Below are positions 44,552 through 54,641 of a stretch of DNA of 64,000 bases, one piece after another. Below the pieces are notes generated by a model. That model saw nothing but the letters and a program-made list of their open reading frames with translations. It did no database searches and had not been told where the DNA came from. The stretch is from assembly GCA_041484665.1 (NCBI GenBank), contig JBGPIA010000008.1, positions 32,001 through 96,000 on the forward strand. The letters run 5' to 3'. Numbering within the stretch: the first letter of the stretch is position 1; the number at the start of each line of letters is the position of its first letter. The stretch comes from Candidatus Krumholzibacteriia bacterium. GTDB lineage: Bacteria > Krumholzibacteriota > Krumholzibacteriia > JAJRXK01. Position numbers and translations under genes: made by a program.

Positions 44552-45852
44552 GGTTGCACCGTCGCGAGCACGCGCTCGAAGATGGTGTCGACGTGGCGGA
44601 GGTGGCGCTCCCGATCGAAGCAGGCGTCCAGCGCCTTGGGCGCGAGCCATTGGCCGATCTGCGCGTCGGCGCGGATCAGGGGCTCGAACTCCAGCTGCTC
44701 CTCGAAGGCACGCATGGCGTGCTGCTGGACCACCGCGTAGGCATCCTCGCGGCTCACGCCGGCGCGGGCCAGCGCCAGCAGTACGGCGCCACTGTGGTGG
44801 AGGCCACGGCCGTTCTCCAGATTGGCGCGCATGCGCTCGGGCGACACGCGCATGCCGTCCACGATGCCGGTCATCGTGCGCAGCATGTAGTGCAAGAGCG
44901 TCGTGCCGTCGGGCAGCACCACGCGCTCGACGCTGGAGTGGCTGATATCGCGCTCGTGCCACAGCGCCACGTCCTCCAACCCCGCGATCAGATGCCCGCG
45001 CAACAGGCGCGCCATGCCGCAGATGCGCTCGCACAGGATCGGGTTGCGCTTGTGGGGCATGGCGCTGCTGCCCTTCTGCCCCTTGGCAAAGGGCTCCTCC
45101 ACCTCGCCCACCTCGGAGCGCTGCAGGTGGCGGATCTCGGTGGCGAAGCGCTCGAGCGCCGCGCCGACGAGGGCGAGAGCGGCCAGCAGCTCGGCGTGGC
45201 GGTCGCGCGCCACGACCTGGGTGCTCACGGGATCGGGGCTGATTCCCAGCCGGCGGCAGACCCTCTCTTCGACCTGGGGGTGGATGTGGGCGAAGGTGCC
45301 CACCGGTCCGCTGAGCTTGCCCACCGAGACCGCGGCCACGGCCGCTTGCAGCCTGCGGCGCCCGCGGCCCAGCTCCGCCGCCCAGCCCAGGAGCTTCAGC
45401 CCGAAGGTGGTGGGCTCGGCGTGCATGCCGTGGCTGCGCCCCATCATCACGGTGCGTCGGTGCTCCTGCGCGCGGCGCAGGATGGCCGTGCTGAGGGCGT
45501 CCAGCTCCCGCAGCAGCAGCACGCCAGCCTCCTTGCATTGGACGGCGAGCGCGGTGTCCAGCAGATCGCTGCTGGTCAGGCCGAGGTGGACGAAGCGGCT
45601 CTCCTCGCCGATGTGCTCGGCCATGCTGGTCAAGAACGCGATGACGTCGTGGTGGACCGTCTCTTCGATCGCGAGGATGCGCGCCTCATCGAAGCCGGCG
45701 CGAGCCCGGATGGCGGCGGCAGCTTCGGCCGGGATCTCGCCCAGTTCGGCGAGGGCATCGCAGACCGCCACCTCGATGTCGCGCCAGATCTCGTACTTGC
45801 GGCGGTCGGACCAGAGCCGCTGCAGTTCGGGGGTCTGGTAGCGGTCGATCAT
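44548..45852 (-). CDS. purB: Adenylosuccinate lyase
   Basis: MIDRY, HLGLTSSD, GRSHG.HAEP and GSSAMPHKRNP motifs. Confidence 0.98.
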   Translation of the reverse strand: MIDRYQTPELQRLWSDRRKYEIWRDIEVAVCDALAELGEIPAEAAAAIRARAGFDEARILAIEETVHHDVIAFLTSMAEHIGEESRFVHLGLTSSDLLDTALAVQCKEAGVLLLRELDALSTAILRRAQEHRRTVMMGRSHGMHAEPTTFGLKLLGWAAELGRGRRRLQAAVAAVSVGKLSGPVGTFAHIHPQVEERVCRRLGISPDPVSTQVVARDRHAELLAALALVGAALERFATEIRHLQRSEVGEVEEPFAKGQKGSSAMPHKRNPILCERICGMARLLRGHLIAGLEDVALWHERDISHSSVERVVLPDGTTLLHYMLRTMTGIVDGMRVSPERMRANLENGRGLHHSGAVLLALARAGVSREDAYAVVQQHAMRAFEEQLEFEPLIRADAQIGQWLAPKALDACFDRERHLRHVDTIFERVLATVQP

Positions 45853-46080
45853 GACGGGCGGGACCGTAGCATAGCCCTTGCGGGTGCGCCAGCGCAGGGC
45901 TCCGGGATCTCCGCGCAGCGACTCAACCCTGCGTCAGGGCCGCGCCGCAGGCTTGTCGTCGGGCTGCTCGTCAGGCTGCGCCGCGGACTGCGCGCCGGGG
46001 TGGCGGTGCGGCGGCGCGCCGGCGCGAATCCGCGATGGCAGTGGGCGGCCGCCAGTGGCCGCCAGTGCCCCCCGAGACAG

Positions 46081-47394
46081 CTAGCGGCCGTCGCTGCGGT
46101 TGGCGTCGGGAGCCTCCACGAGCGTCAGCTTGGTTTCGAAGCTCTTGCTGCCGCGGGACACGGTCAGCTCGAGCACCGACCCCACGCGCGCCTCATAGAA
46201 CTGTCGATAGGCCAAGTGGGGATCGCTGATCGCTACGCCGTCCACCTTGCGCACGATGTCGCGCGCGCGCAGGCCGGCGTCCGCGGCGGGGCTGTCCGGA
46301 TCGACCTGCTCCACGAAGAAACCGCCGGCCTCTGTGGGGTCGATGTCACGCTCGCGCGCCGCGTAATTGGTGAGGTAGACGCCGTTGAGGCCGCTGAAGG
46401 TCGGCCGGATGCGGCCGTACTTGAGGATCTCCTCCATCACCCAGCGCCCGCGATTGATGGGGACGGCGAAGCCGATCCCGATCGAGCCCCCGCTCTGGCT
46501 GATGATGAAGGTGTTGATCCCGACAACCTCGCCGCGGCTGTTCACCAACGCCCCGCCGCTGTTGCCCGGATTGATCGCGGCGTCGGTCTGGATCATGTCG
46601 AGGTATTGATTCTCGCCCTCGCGCGCCTTGATGTCGCGGTGCAGCGCGCTGACGACGCCCAAGGTCACGGTGGGGTTGGTGTCCTCCAGCAGGTAGCCGA
46701 ACGGCGAGCCGATAGCGATGGCCCATTCGGCGATGTCCAGCGTGTCGCTGTCGCCCAGAGACGCCACCGGAAGGTCGTCGGGAGGGTCCTTGATCTTGAG
46801 CACCGCCAGATCGTGGTCGGGCGAGCTGCCGATCAGCTCGGCGCCGAAGCGCCGCCCGTCGCTGAGGTTCACCAGGATCTCGGCGTTGCCGGGCACGACG
46901 TGGTGATTGGTGAGCACGTAACCGCGCCGGTCGACGATCACACCGCTGCCCAGCCCCTCCACGGTGCGCTTGGCGGTGCGCGGCTGGCGCACCCCTGGAT
47001 AGTAGAAGTTGAACCACTCGTCGTAGGGCGTGGGGAAGACCCGGTACACCTGCGTCTGGAATACGTTGATGCTGACCACCGAGGGGCTCGCCTTACGGGT
47101 GGCCTCCACGATGGCGCCGCGCCGCTCGCCGGCGATCGGATCGCCCTGGGCCGACGCGGCCGCCGGCTGCTGCCCATCCTGCGCCACGGCAAAGTGGGCC
47201 GGGAGCCCCGGGCTTGTCGCCGCGGTGGTCGCGCTGCCGGCCGCGGAGCGGACCGCCGCGAGCGCCCGGGCGCCCAGCAGACGGCTGCCCCAGCCACCGG
47301 TATCGGTCACCACGACCGCCAGCAACGTCGCCAGCCCCACCGTGGCTCCGATCAGACATCCGACGATGTAGGGAAGAGCTCGGTTGTGGCTCAT
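46081..47394 (-). CDS. HtrA/DegP-family serine protease with one PDZ domain
   Basis: GSGVI, TNHHV, DLAVL and AAINPGNSGG motifs; N-terminal TM; start 47394 or 47406. Confidence 0.95.
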   Translation of the reverse strand: MSHNRALPYIVGCLIGATVGLATLLAVVVTDTGGWGSRLLGARALAAVRSAAGSATTAATSPGLPAHFAVAQDGQQPAAASAQGDPIAGERRGAIVEATRKASPSVVSINVFQTQVYRVFPTPYDEWFNFYYPGVRQPRTAKRTVEGLGSGVIVDRRGYVLTNHHVVPGNAEILVNLSDGRRFGAELIGSSPDHDLAVLKIKDPPDDLPVASLGDSDTLDIAEWAIAIGSPFGYLLEDTNPTVTLGVVSALHRDIKAREGENQYLDMIQTDAAINPGNSGGALVNSRGEVVGINTFIISQSGGSIGIGFAVPINRGRWVMEEILKYGRIRPTFSGLNGVYLTNYAARERDIDPTEAGGFFVEQVDPDSPAADAGLRARDIVRKVDGVAISDPHLAYRQFYEARVGSVLELTVSRGSKSFETKLTLVEAPDANRSDGR

Positions 47395-47569
47395 GCTTGC
47401 CTCCATCGCGCGGGCCCGTCAGCTCCGCGGTTTGTACGGAGGGCGCAGGGACCGGTTCCGCCCGACCTGGCCGTTGCGCGCACGGGCGGCCGCGCAGCGG
47501 ACGGCTGAGTTACGGGCTGGTGCGCCGGGGGCGGCCGCGTCGCCGGTCCCGGCGTCGCGCGTGGCTGCG

Positions 47570-48214
47570 TCAATTCTGCGCCCGGCGCCACGACTCGCGA
47601 AACCCCAGACGGCCCTGCTCGGTGAGCGGGTGGTCGGCGAGCTGGCGGAGCAACGCGAGCGGAAACGACGACGCGTCGGCCCCCATGCGCGCCGCCTCGG
47701 CCACGTGGCCGGGATGGCGCAGGTCCGCGGCCAGCACGCGCGTCTTGATATCGTACTGGTCGTAGGTGGCGATGATGTTGCCCACCAGGGCGAGCCCGTC
47801 GCCCCCTGCCTCATCCAGCCGGCCGACGTACGGAGAGACGTAGCGGGCGCCGGCCTTGGCCGCGAGCAGCGCCTGCGGCAGCGAGAAGCAGAGCGTGGCG
47901 TCGACGGGGATGCGTCGCTCGGCCAGCGCCGCGATCGCCGGGATCCCCGCGGGCACGCACGGCACCTTCACCACGATCCGCTCGTGGATGTTCGCGAGGG
48001 TCTCGGCCTCCTCGATCATGCCCTGGGTGTCGGTGGCGATCACCTCGGCCATCACCGGGCCGCCCACCAGGGTGCACAGCTCCGCGAGGATCTCGTGGGG
48101 GTCCCCCTCCTCACGGGACAGCAGGGTGGGGTTGGTATTGACCCCGTCGATCACCCTCCAGCTGAGCGCCTCGCGCAGGTCCGCCAGGCTCGCCGACTCC
48201 AGGTAGAGCTGCAT
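47570..48214 (-). CDS. Transaldolase / fructose-6-phosphate aldolase family protein (divergent)
   Basis: TNPTL, VVKVP, TLCFS..QA and YVSPYVGRLD motifs; AAGGA RBS. Confidence 0.88.
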   Translation of the reverse strand: MQLYLESASLADLREALSWRVIDGVNTNPTLLSREEGDPHEILAELCTLVGGPVMAEVIATDTQGMIEEAETLANIHERIVVKVPCVPAGIPAIAALAERRIPVDATLCFSLPQALLAAKAGARYVSPYVGRLDEAGGDGLALVGNIIATYDQYDIKTRVLAADLRHPGHVAEAARMGADASSFPLALLRQLADHPLTEQGRLGFRESWRRAQN

Positions 48215-48230
48215 CGGTCCTTTCCTTGGT

Positions 48231-49115
48231 TCACTCCAGCGCCGGATGACCGTCCGCGGCCCCCGCGGAGATCGGGGCGCGCCCCACCTCAGGCGGGTAC
48301 TCCACCCGCTCCAGGCACAGCCCAAGCGCGGCCGCCGTGACGCCTGCAGCGCGCCGATCGCGCGCCTGCAGTATAGCCGAGATCGATCCGGCCGCCCGGC
48401 GGCCGCGCCCGATCTCCAGCAGGGTCCCCACGATCGACCGCACCATCGAATGGAGGAAGCGGTCGGCGGCGATCTGGTAGGTCAGAGCGTCGCCGGAGGG
48501 CTCCGCCACGAGCTCGGAGCGGCGGATCCGACAGACGGTCTTTCCTTGCTCGGCCGAAGTCGCGACGCAGAAGCTCGCGCAGTCGTGATCGCCCACGAGC
48601 GTCGCCGCGGCCTCGCGCATGGCCGCGACGTCGAGGTGGCCGCGCACCAGCAGGTGGTCGCGGCGGCGCAGCGGGTCGGGGCGCAGGAGCATGCGGTACG
48701 CGTAGTGGCGCGCCCGGGCGCTGAAGCGCGCGTGGAATCCCTCGGGCTCGCCGCCCACCTCGAGCGCCACCACGTCCTCCGGAAGCAGCCGGCGCAGCGC
48801 GCGGGCCAGCCGCTCGACGGACTTGTGTCCGGCGACGGGAGCGCTGGCGACCTGGCCGCGGGCATGCACGCCCGCGTCGGTGCGACCCGCTCCGGGCGGA
48901 AGAACGTCGAGGGGTATGATGCGGCGCAGGGCCGTGGCCAGCTCTCCCTGCACCGTGCGCAGCCCCGGTTGCGCCTGCCAGCCGTGGAAGTCGGTGCCGT
49001 CGTAGGCGAGCACGATGCGCGCGACGCGCACCGATCCGGCGTCGCCGCCGCCCGTTGCGCAACTGCGATCCGTGGATGCAGGATCGCCTTCGTTCGCCGT
49101 TGGACCGTGCCTCAC
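48231..49115 (-). CDS. truA: tRNA pseudouridine(38-40) synthase
   Basis: YDGTDFHGWQ, AGRTDAGVHA, FHARFSA and FLHSMVR motifs; start may be near 49031. Confidence 0.95.
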   Translation of the reverse strand: MRHGPTANEGDPASTDRSCATGGGDAGSVRVARIVLAYDGTDFHGWQAQPGLRTVQGELATALRRIIPLDVLPPGAGRTDAGVHARGQVASAPVAGHKSVERLARALRRLLPEDVVALEVGGEPEGFHARFSARARHYAYRMLLRPDPLRRRDHLLVRGHLDVAAMREAAATLVGDHDCASFCVATSAEQGKTVCRIRRSELVAEPSGDALTYQIAADRFLHSMVRSIVGTLLEIGRGRRAAGSISAILQARDRRAAGVTAAALGLCLERVEYPPEVGRAPISAGAADGHPALE

Positions 49116-50134
49116 GGCTGCACTGTCAATCCCAGCCGGGCTTCGACCAGCTCGATGGCGTTGAGCGCCGCGCCCCGGCGCAGGTTGTCCCCCACCGCCC
49201 AGAGCGCCAGCGCCTCGGGATCACCCGTGGGACGCCGGATGCGGGCCACCAGCACGGGGTCGCGCCCCTGCGCGTCGCGTGGCGTGGGAGGCAGACGGTC
49301 ATCGTCCCAGACCTCCACCCCCTCGCTCTGGCGCAGCAATGCCGCCACCGAGCGCGGGTCGACGTCGCGGGCAGGCCAGAGCGTGATCGCCAGCGCATGC
49401 CCCACACGCGTGGGCACGCGCACCGCCGTGGCCGAGATTCCCACCCCGTCGAGCCCCAGGATCTTGCGGAGCTCATCGACGATCTTGCGCTCTTCCAGGC
49501 TCTCCCCGCCCTCCATGGGCCCGATCCATGGCAGCACGTTCTCGCGCAGCGGAGCCCCCGCGACCCAGCCGGCGGCGGGCGGGAGGTCGCCCGGCGCGGC
49601 GTCCAGTTCGGCCAGCAGCTCGCGACCCGCCCCACTGGCGGACTGATAGCTCGCGATCGCCAACCGCCGCAGGCCCCAGCGTGCCTGCAGCGGCCCTACG
49701 ACCGTGGCCGCAATGGCCGCGGTGCAGTTTGGATTCGCCAACAGGTTGGACGGCGGATCGGTGCGCAGGCGGTGGAGGTTGACGGGCGCCACGACCAACG
49801 GCACGTCGGGCGCCATCCGCCAGACGCTGGTCATGTCCACGACGATCAGCCCGCGTGCCGCCAGCGTCCGCGCCTGGCGCCGGCTGACCTCCTCGCCCGC
49901 GCACAGCAACACGGCATCGGCGCCGCGCAAGGCCGCGACATCGATCGGGCCCACGGGCGCCGGCTCGCCGCGGAACGAGAGCGTCGACCGGCTCTGCCCG
50001 CTGGCCTGCAGCAGTGGCGGCTCGCGCAGCCAGGGCCGACTCTCCAGGATCGAGAGCGCGGTGCGACCCACCAGGCCGGTGGCCCCCACGACGGCAATGC
50101 GCGCGACGGCGGTGGTCGACCTGGGCTGCGTCAT
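49112..50134 (-). CDS. asd: Aspartate-semialdehyde dehydrogenase
   Basis: VVGATGLVG, ANPNCT, YQSASGAG, RVP...GH and DNLRRGAALNA motifs. Confidence 0.95.
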   Translation of the reverse strand: MTQPRSTTAVARIAVVGATGLVGRTALSILESRPWLREPPLLQASGQSRSTLSFRGEPAPVGPIDVAALRGADAVLLCAGEEVSRRQARTLAARGLIVVDMTSVWRMAPDVPLVVAPVNLHRLRTDPPSNLLANPNCTAAIAATVVGPLQARWGLRRLAIASYQSASGAGRELLAELDAAPGDLPPAAGWVAGAPLRENVLPWIGPMEGGESLEERKIVDELRKILGLDGVGISATAVRVPTRVGHALAITLWPARDVDPRSVAALLRQSEGVEVWDDDRLPPTPRDAQGRDPVLVARIRRPTGDPEALALWAVGDNLRRGAALNAIELVEARLGLTVQP

Positions 50135-50171
50135 GGCCCGTGAAAAGTAGCAGGGGGGGAGGCGAGCCACC

Positions 50172-52433
50172 ATGCCAGGGTTGCACGAGGACGACTCGGC
50201 GGATACCCTCGCGCCGCACGGCCGCGCCCCAGCGGGAGGACCCAGCGGGAGGATCGAGCGGCAGACGATGGTGCGCAGCGCTCCACTTCGATGCGCGCGA
50301 CCGCGGGCGAGCGAGTCCGCGGCCACCGTGACCGTGTGGGCGGCCGGCGCCTGCACCGCGCTGCTCGCATGCGCCACGCTGCATGGCTGCGCTCCCACCG
50401 ATCCCGAGGTGCAGCTCCACGACATCCGCCGCTGGGAGGACGCCCGTACCCTGCCGGCGGACAGCCTGGCCATCTTGCTGCGCCGCGCCAATCCGATGAT
50501 CCGCTCCGCGGCCGCGCGCGCCATCGGGCGCATCGGTGACCCGCGCGGCGTGGAGGCGCTGGCGCAGGCCCTGGGGGACGATCCGCGCGCGGTGGTCCGC
50601 GCCGAGGCCGCTTTCGCCCTGGGAATCCTCGGCGCGCCGGAGGCCACGCCCGCGCTGGTGCGGGCCGCCACCGGCGAGCCCGAGGCGCGCACCCTGGGCG
50701 AGATCGCGCTCGCCCTGGGCCGGTTGCAGCAGCCCGGCACGACCGAGGTGTTGACGCACCTGCTGCAGAGCGGGCACCCGTTCGTGCGCGAGCAGGCGGC
50801 GGAAGCCCTCGCCCTGGTCGCCGACACCACCTCGGTCGGCGGGTTGCTGGCCGCGACGCAGGACTCCTTCGAGAGCGTCGCGTGGCGCGCGGTGTACGCG
50901 CTGGAGAAGGTGCCCACGCCGGCATCGATCCCGCGGCTGACGGCGATGGCCGACGCGCCCTCGCCACTGATCCGCGCCTATGTCGCGCGCACGCTCGGGC
51001 GCATCGCAGACGAGCGCGGCGCCCCGGTGGCCGCCCACATCCTCGAGCGCGCGCGCAGCGACTGGCACGTGCGGGCGAATGCAGCCCTCGCGCTGGGGCG
51101 CATCGGCGGTGAGCGCGCCATCCGGGCGCTGCAATCGGCGCTGGGCGACAGCATCTTCCATGTGCGGGCAGCGGCGCTGGCGGGGCTGGAGCAGGCGTCG
51201 TCGAAAGCGGCGGCCCCGCGCGTCACGGCCGCGACGGCCGGCGCGGCCGCCGCTGCGGGGGCAGCAGGCGCGGCCGCTGCGAGCGCCGCGCCCATCCCGG
51301 CGGCCCTCGCCGCCGCCATCGCGGGGGCGGCGGCGGCCGTCGAGCGGGCGTGCGCCGACTCGGTGGTCGACGTGCGCGCGGCCGCCTACTCGGCGCTGGC
51401 GGAGTGCGAGCATGCCGGTGCCTACTCCTGGCTGTTGCGCGGAATCGGGGATCCCGCGCCGCACGTGGCTGCGATCTGCATGGAGGCCCTGGGCCGTTGC
51501 GGCGATCCGCGCGCGCGGACGGTGCTGAGTGCCGCCCTCGCCGACACGACGCTGCCTCGCCAGCGCGTGGCGGCGGCGAGCGGGCTGGGTCACACGGGCG
51601 ATGGCGAGGCGGCGGGCCCTGCCCTGCGGGCGTGCGTCGATGCCCGCGACTGGGTGCTGGCCGCGACCGCGATCGAGGCGCTCGGGCTGCTGGGTGACAA
51701 GCAATGCGTCCCGCAGCTATTGCGCGCGTTCGCAGAGCGGCAGGGCACGGGCCGCCTGGACGTTCGCTGGCAGGTGGTGCAGACGCTGGAAGCGCTCAAG
51801 GACCCCGCCGCGGTCCCCCTGCTGCGCTCGGCCCTCGACGACGACGACGTGCGGGTGCGCGTGGTGGCGCGCAAGGCGCTGGCCGCGATCCTGCCCGAGG
51901 TGGAGGCCGCGGGGCTGCCAACCGAGCAGAAGCTGCGCCGCGACGTGCGCCCCGCGCGCCGCTCACCGTCGCAGCCGGCGCTGGTCATCCACACGCGCGC
52001 GCGGCAGCTCGTGCTCGAGACAGCGCGGGGCCGCATCAGGATCGAGCTGTTGCCCGAGGAGGCGCCCCAGACCGTGGAGAGCTTCGCGCGGCTGGCCGAG
52101 CGCGGCTTTTTCAACGGCCGCACGTTCCACCGGGTCGTGCCCAACTTCGTGATCCAGGGGGGCGACCCGCTGGGCAACGGCTGGGGGGACGCCGGCTACA
52201 GCCTTCGCTGCGAGTGGAGCCCGCAGCGCTACGATGCGGGTACGGTGGGAGTCGCCCATTCGGGCAAGGACACGGGTGGCTGCCAGCTCTTCATCACCCA
52301 CTCGCCGCAGCCCCACCTCGACGCGCGCTACACCGTAATCGGCCGCGTGGTCGAGGGTATGCGCGTGGTCGACGCTGTCCGCATCGGCGATCGCTTCACC
52401 GCGAGCGTCGTGTGGGAGGACGCAACGCCCTGA
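50172..52433 (+). CDS. HEAT-repeat lipoprotein fused to a cyclophilin-type PPIase
   Basis: Lipobox LHGC; VR..AA.ALG repeats; FHRVVPNFVIQGGDP, DTGGCQLFI and PHLDARYT motifs; start may be 50268 or later. Confidence 0.9.
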   Translation: MPGLHEDDSADTLAPHGRAPAGGPSGRIERQTMVRSAPLRCARPRASESAATVTVWAAGACTALLACATLHGCAPTDPEVQLHDIRRWEDARTLPADSLAILLRRANPMIRSAAARAIGRIGDPRGVEALAQALGDDPRAVVRAEAAFALGILGAPEATPALVRAATGEPEARTLGEIALALGRLQQPGTTEVLTHLLQSGHPFVREQAAEALALVADTTSVGGLLAATQDSFESVAWRAVYALEKVPTPASIPRLTAMADAPSPLIRAYVARTLGRIADERGAPVAAHILERARSDWHVRANAALALGRIGGERAIRALQSALGDSIFHVRAAALAGLEQASSKAAAPRVTAATAGAAAAAGAAGAAAASAAPIPAALAAAIAGAAAAVERACADSVVDVRAAAYSALAECEHAGAYSWLLRGIGDPAPHVAAICMEALGRCGDPRARTVLSAALADTTLPRQRVAAASGLGHTGDGEAAGPALRACVDARDWVLAATAIEALGLLGDKQCVPQLLRAFAERQGTGRLDVRWQVVQTLEALKDPAAVPLLRSALDDDDVRVRVVARKALAAILPEVEAAGLPTEQKLRRDVRPARRSPSQPALVIHTRARQLVLETARGRIRIELLPEEAPQTVESFARLAERGFFNGRTFHRVVPNFVIQGGDPLGNGWGDAGYSLRCEWSPQRYDAGTVGVAHSGKDTGGCQLFITHSPQPHLDARYTVIGRVVEGMRVVDAVRIGDRFTASVVWEDATP

Positions 52434-52509
52434 GCGCGTGACGTCGGGACGAGACGGTGTCCAAAGTGTCGCGCTGCCCACAGCGCGACGCGGCCCCACG
52501 CGGCGCCGC

Positions 52510-53751
52510 TCAGCGCATGGACCCGCCGTGACTCTGTCCCTTGTCGGCGGGGCTCGTCAGCGCGCCGGGCGGCGCGGGACGCTCCTGGCCCTGCTTGGCG
52601 ACGTCGGCGCCCGGCGCCCCGGCGTCGGGCGCGCGGGCCAGGACTTGCGTCTGCGGAAAGGCGGCCAAGAGCCCCGCGATGGATGGACGCGGCAGCGCGA
52701 CCCGGTGCGACCCGCGAGGGAGGTAGGATCGCAGAAGCGCAGGGTTGAGGTCGTGCAGCCTGCGGTAGGACAGCCCGGCGGCAGCGGCGAGATCCCGCAG
52801 CGCAAGCCGTTCGCCTTGCACCTTCAGCAGCAGCGTGTCGCAAGGCACCGTGGGCGCTGCCGGCAACAGCGGCGGGAAGTCGTAGGTGGCCGGGTGCTCG
52901 AACAAGAGCTTCACCGCCGCGGCGCGGAACCAGTAGGCCTCGGTCTCGCGGGGCAGCACCATCGAGTAGAAGTCGCGCGTGCCCTGGTCCATCACGGCGT
53001 TGCGGATGCGCTGCTCGCCCGCGTTGTAGCCAGCCAGGGTCAGCGGCCACGATTCGAACTCCCCGTGCAGATCCCGCAGGTAGGCGATGGCAGCGTCGGT
53101 GGCCTTGATCAGGTCCCGCCGCTCGTCCACCGTATCGTCGCGACGCAGCCCGTAGCGGCTGCCGGTCGGCAGCACGAATTGCCAGTAGCCCACCGCCTCC
53201 GCGGGGCTCACCGCGCGCGGATCCAGCGCGCTCTCGATCACCATCACGTACTTGAGATCCTCGGGCAGGCTCGCGGCGCGCAGGCGCTCCTCCACCAGCG
53301 GGAACACCGCCGGCGACCGCTCCATCCAGTTCAGCACCCAGTGGCGATTGGTGAGCAGGCGGTAGAACTCGGCGGTGAAGCGCGCGCGGATGTCGGCCTG
53401 CTCCAGCGGGAGCTCCTCGCCGCAGAAGCGCAGCGATCCGGGCACGGGGTACAGCTGCAGCGGCCGCAGGTAGACCGGCGCTGCCGCGACCGCGTCGGCG
53501 GGGGCGGTCGGGCTGTCGGCGACCGCTGGCGTCAGCAGGGCGACGCGCTGCTCCAGCCGCGCGTTCAGCTCCTCCAGGCGGGTGAGGCGGCGCAGCAACC
53601 CCGCGCGCGAATCATCGCGCCGGGAGCCGGCAGCCACGGCCGAGCCCGTCGGCGAGCCGCCCCACACCCAAGGCTGCAGCCCGGCGAGGCTGTAGCCCAG
53701 TCCGAAGAGCAGGCCGCCCAGCAGGCAGGAGATCCAAAGTTGGCGTCGCAT
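52510..53751 (-). CDS. MltD-like lytic transglycosylase (SLT domain)
   Basis: IESA, GYWQF, AGYNAGE and LPRET motifs; N-terminal TM and coiled coil; LysM-like end. Confidence 0.9.
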   Translation of the reverse strand: MRRQLWISCLLGGLLFGLGYSLAGLQPWVWGGSPTGSAVAAGSRRDDSRAGLLRRLTRLEELNARLEQRVALLTPAVADSPTAPADAVAAAPVYLRPLQLYPVPGSLRFCGEELPLEQADIRARFTAEFYRLLTNRHWVLNWMERSPAVFPLVEERLRAASLPEDLKYVMVIESALDPRAVSPAEAVGYWQFVLPTGSRYGLRRDDTVDERRDLIKATDAAIAYLRDLHGEFESWPLTLAGYNAGEQRIRNAVMDQGTRDFYSMVLPRETEAYWFRAAAVKLLFEHPATYDFPPLLPAAPTVPCDTLLLKVQGERLALRDLAAAAGLSYRRLHDLNPALLRSYLPRGSHRVALPRPSIAGLLAAFPQTQVLARAPDAGAPGADVAKQGQERPAPPGALTSPADKGQSHGGSMR

Positions 53752-53838
53752 CGTGGGCGTTTCCAGCTGGGGCGTGCTCCGTGCATCGGCTTCGCGCCGC
53801 GGCCCGCGGGCCGGCGTCGCGCTGCGACCATCCCATCG

Positions 53839-53885
53839 AGTATACGCGTCTGGCGCTACAGTTTCGACAGGTGGTCTGCTAAACT
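53839..53885. promoter_or_regulatory. Candidate divergent -10 boxes for the SLT gene and lemA
   Basis: TATACT on minus strand (53844-53839); TGcTAAACT on plus strand (53877-53885). Confidence 0.4.
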
Positions 53886-54032
53886 GCCGCCCGCGCAGAG
53901 GGCCCGGCCGGCCTCTCCACGTAGGCAGGGGCCGGGCGGCGCGCCACCATCCGCCGCGATCGGCCCTCGACCGCCGCAGCCGACCGCTTCCGCGCTCAAC
54001 AGGGACGCCCTGGGAAGGAGTCGCACGTCGCC

Positions 54033-54641
54033 ATGCGCATGCGGTCGCTTGCCGGAATTGTGATCCTGGTGATCGTGCTGGGGCTGCTGGGCTGCGGCGC
54101 GCTGGGCTGCAGCGCCTACAACCAGCTGGTGGGCCTGGAGGAGCAGGTGAACGCGGCCTGGGGCCAGGTCGACAACGTCTACCAGCGCCGCGCCGATCTC
54201 GTCCCCAACCTGGTCGAGACCGTCAAAGGAGCCGCCAACTTCGAGCGGCAGACGCTGACGGCGGTGATCGAGGCCCGCGCCAAGGCCACCCAGGTGCAGG
54301 CCACCCTCGGCACCGATGTCATCGAGGACCCCCAGGCGTTCGCCCGCTTCCAGAAGGCCCAGGGCGAGCTGGGCGGGGCGCTTTCGCGGCTGCTGGTGAC
54401 CGTCGAGCAGTATCCGGAGCTCAAGGCCAACCAGAACTTCCTCGCGCTGCAGGCGCAGCTGGAGGGCACCGAGAACCGGATCGCCGTCGAGCGTCGCAAC
54501 TACAACGACGTCGCGCGCGGGTTCAACACGCGCATCCGCCAGTTCCCGCAGAATCTCGTGGCGTCGCTGGGCCACATGCAGAAGAAGCAGTATTTCGAGG
54601 CGCAGCAGGGAGCCGAGCAGGCGCCCAAGGTCCAGTTCTGA
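54033..54641 (+). CDS. lemA: LemA family protein
   Basis: YQRRADLVPNLVETVKG, YPELKANQNF and LEGTENRI motifs; AAGGAG RBS. Confidence 0.96.
   Translation: MRMRSLAGIVILVIVLGLLGCGALGCSAYNQLVGLEEQVNAAWGQVDNVYQRRADLVPNLVETVKGAANFERQTLTAVIEARAKATQVQATLGTDVIEDPQAFARFQKAQGELGGALSRLLVTVEQYPELKANQNFLALQAQLEGTENRIAVERRNYNDVARGFNTRIRQFPQNLVASLGHMQKKQYFEAQQGAEQAPKVQF

Noticed and set aside
44452..47508. 1018-aa plus-strand ORF
   Set aside because: Antisense shadow of purB and htrA
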